Part shown: one piece after another, positions 63,577 through 64,000 of the stretch
How positions within the stretch are numbered: the stretch's first letter is position 1
How the letters are laid out: every line of letters starts with the position of its first letter
Assembly: GCA_945865725.1 (NCBI GenBank)
Contig: CAMBEO010000004.1
Coordinates: 2,016-66,015 of the forward strand
Direction: 5' to 3'
Length of the DNA stretch: 64,000 nucleotides
DNA from: Thermoflexus hugenholtzii JAD2
Lineage (GTDB): Bacteria > Chloroflexota > UBA11872 > UBA12225
Position numbers and translations under genes: made by a program
Notes under the pieces: generated by a model
What the model saw: only the letters and a program-made list of their open reading frames with translations
Database searches by the model: none
Told to the model about the DNA's origin: nothing

Positions 63577-64000
63577 TCCGGGTCCGGGATCGTGGCGATT
63601 GCCGCCGTGCACGCGAACGCCGCGCCGGCACCCACCGCGAAGATCGTCGTCAGCGGTGCGAACTCGGCGATCCAACCAAGCCCGAGACTGCCGATCGGGT
63701 TCGTGCCGGCATTCAGGACGACCCACAAGCCCATGACCCGGCCAACGAGGGCATCGGGAACGCGGAGTTGGAGGACCGTGTTGGCGTTCGTGAGGAACCC
63801 GACCGTTCCGAGGCCGATCCCTGCGAGCGCCAGCCAAGCAAGCCACGGCGAGGCGGCTAGCGTCGGTGTCGCGAAGGCGACGGCGAGCGACGCGCCCCCC
63901 GTGATGGCACTGAATCCCGCCATCGCCCCCCTCGGGTGCGCCCCTGTCAGCGGCATGCCGGTGATGATCGCGCCGGCGACGGCCCCCACCCCGGCCGCCG
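63573..64000 (-). CDS. MFS transporter, C-terminal part (5' end outside window)
   Basis: Hydrophobic helices with 'NANTVLQLRVPDALVGRVMGLW' typical of MFS C-terminal halves. The frame appears to run to the window edge. Confidence 0.65.
   Translation of the reverse strand, partial: AAGVGAVAGAIITGMPLTGAHPRGAMAGFSAITGGASLAVAFATPTLAASPWLAWLALAGIGLGTVGFLTNANTVLQLRVPDALVGRVMGLWVVLNAGTNPIGSLGLGWIAEFAPLTTIFAVGAGAAFACTAAIATIPDPD

Noticed and set aside
63408-63860. ORFs running through the MITE-like elements (63408..63860, 63427..63846, 23961..24200, 24052..24468), whose products look similar between copies (e.g. 'RRDVAGRPSGSR').
   Set aside because: The similarity is at the DNA level. Indels between copies shift the reading frame, the frames run on into antisense of real genes, and there is no start/RBS context.

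Overview
Very GC-rich chromosomal segment, roughly 70% G+C by eye (not computed). It carries about 55 tightly packed genes. The taxon is a guess: Chloroflexota/Thermomicrobia-like or Actinomycetota. Many long Arg/Pro/Gly-rich ORFs in the six-frame track are GC-driven shadow ORFs, and I discounted them. Most content is ordinary. This includes sugar and sugar-acid catabolism (five xylose-isomerase-like TIM barrels, Gfo/Idh/MocA, two ManD-like enolases, an SDR, an FGGY kinase). It also includes peptidases (M42, M32, M14), a peptide ABC importer, a MATE pump, a P1B metal ATPase, uppS, metF, a three-subunit Mo-hydroxylase and one initiator-type tRNA-Met. I found no CRISPR array, prophage, integrase or transposase. 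The most interesting content is a dispersed protein-thiocarboxylate sulfur-amino-acid system. (a) A SAM-I riboswitch with an intrinsic terminator precedes a threonine-synthase-like gene and a CysO-type sulfur carrier (MetM/MetO-like). (b) An Rrf2 / cysteine synthase / CysO::E1 fusion / JAMM protease operon has the carrier translationally fused to its own activating enzyme. (c) A third CysO-like gene sits behind the Mo-hydroxylase operon. (d) An orphan LarE-family PP-loop enzyme lies among these genes. All three carriers have a masked Gly-Gly terminus. The second theme is repeats. A ~150-bp inverted-repeat (MITE-like) element is present in three copies, and its CTAG termini coincide with the stop codons of convergent genes. 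There is also a nested hairpin motif and a REP-like repeat at other convergent junctions. Further notable genes are a MurF-alanine racemase fusion, a 1172-aa Cas4-like-nuclease/SF1-helicase protein, a GT-C-like membrane protein with a ~275-aa Pro-rich insert, and a peptidase-MA-like exported protein that has lost its zinc ligands. All family assignments rest on motif recognition by eye; no searches were run.
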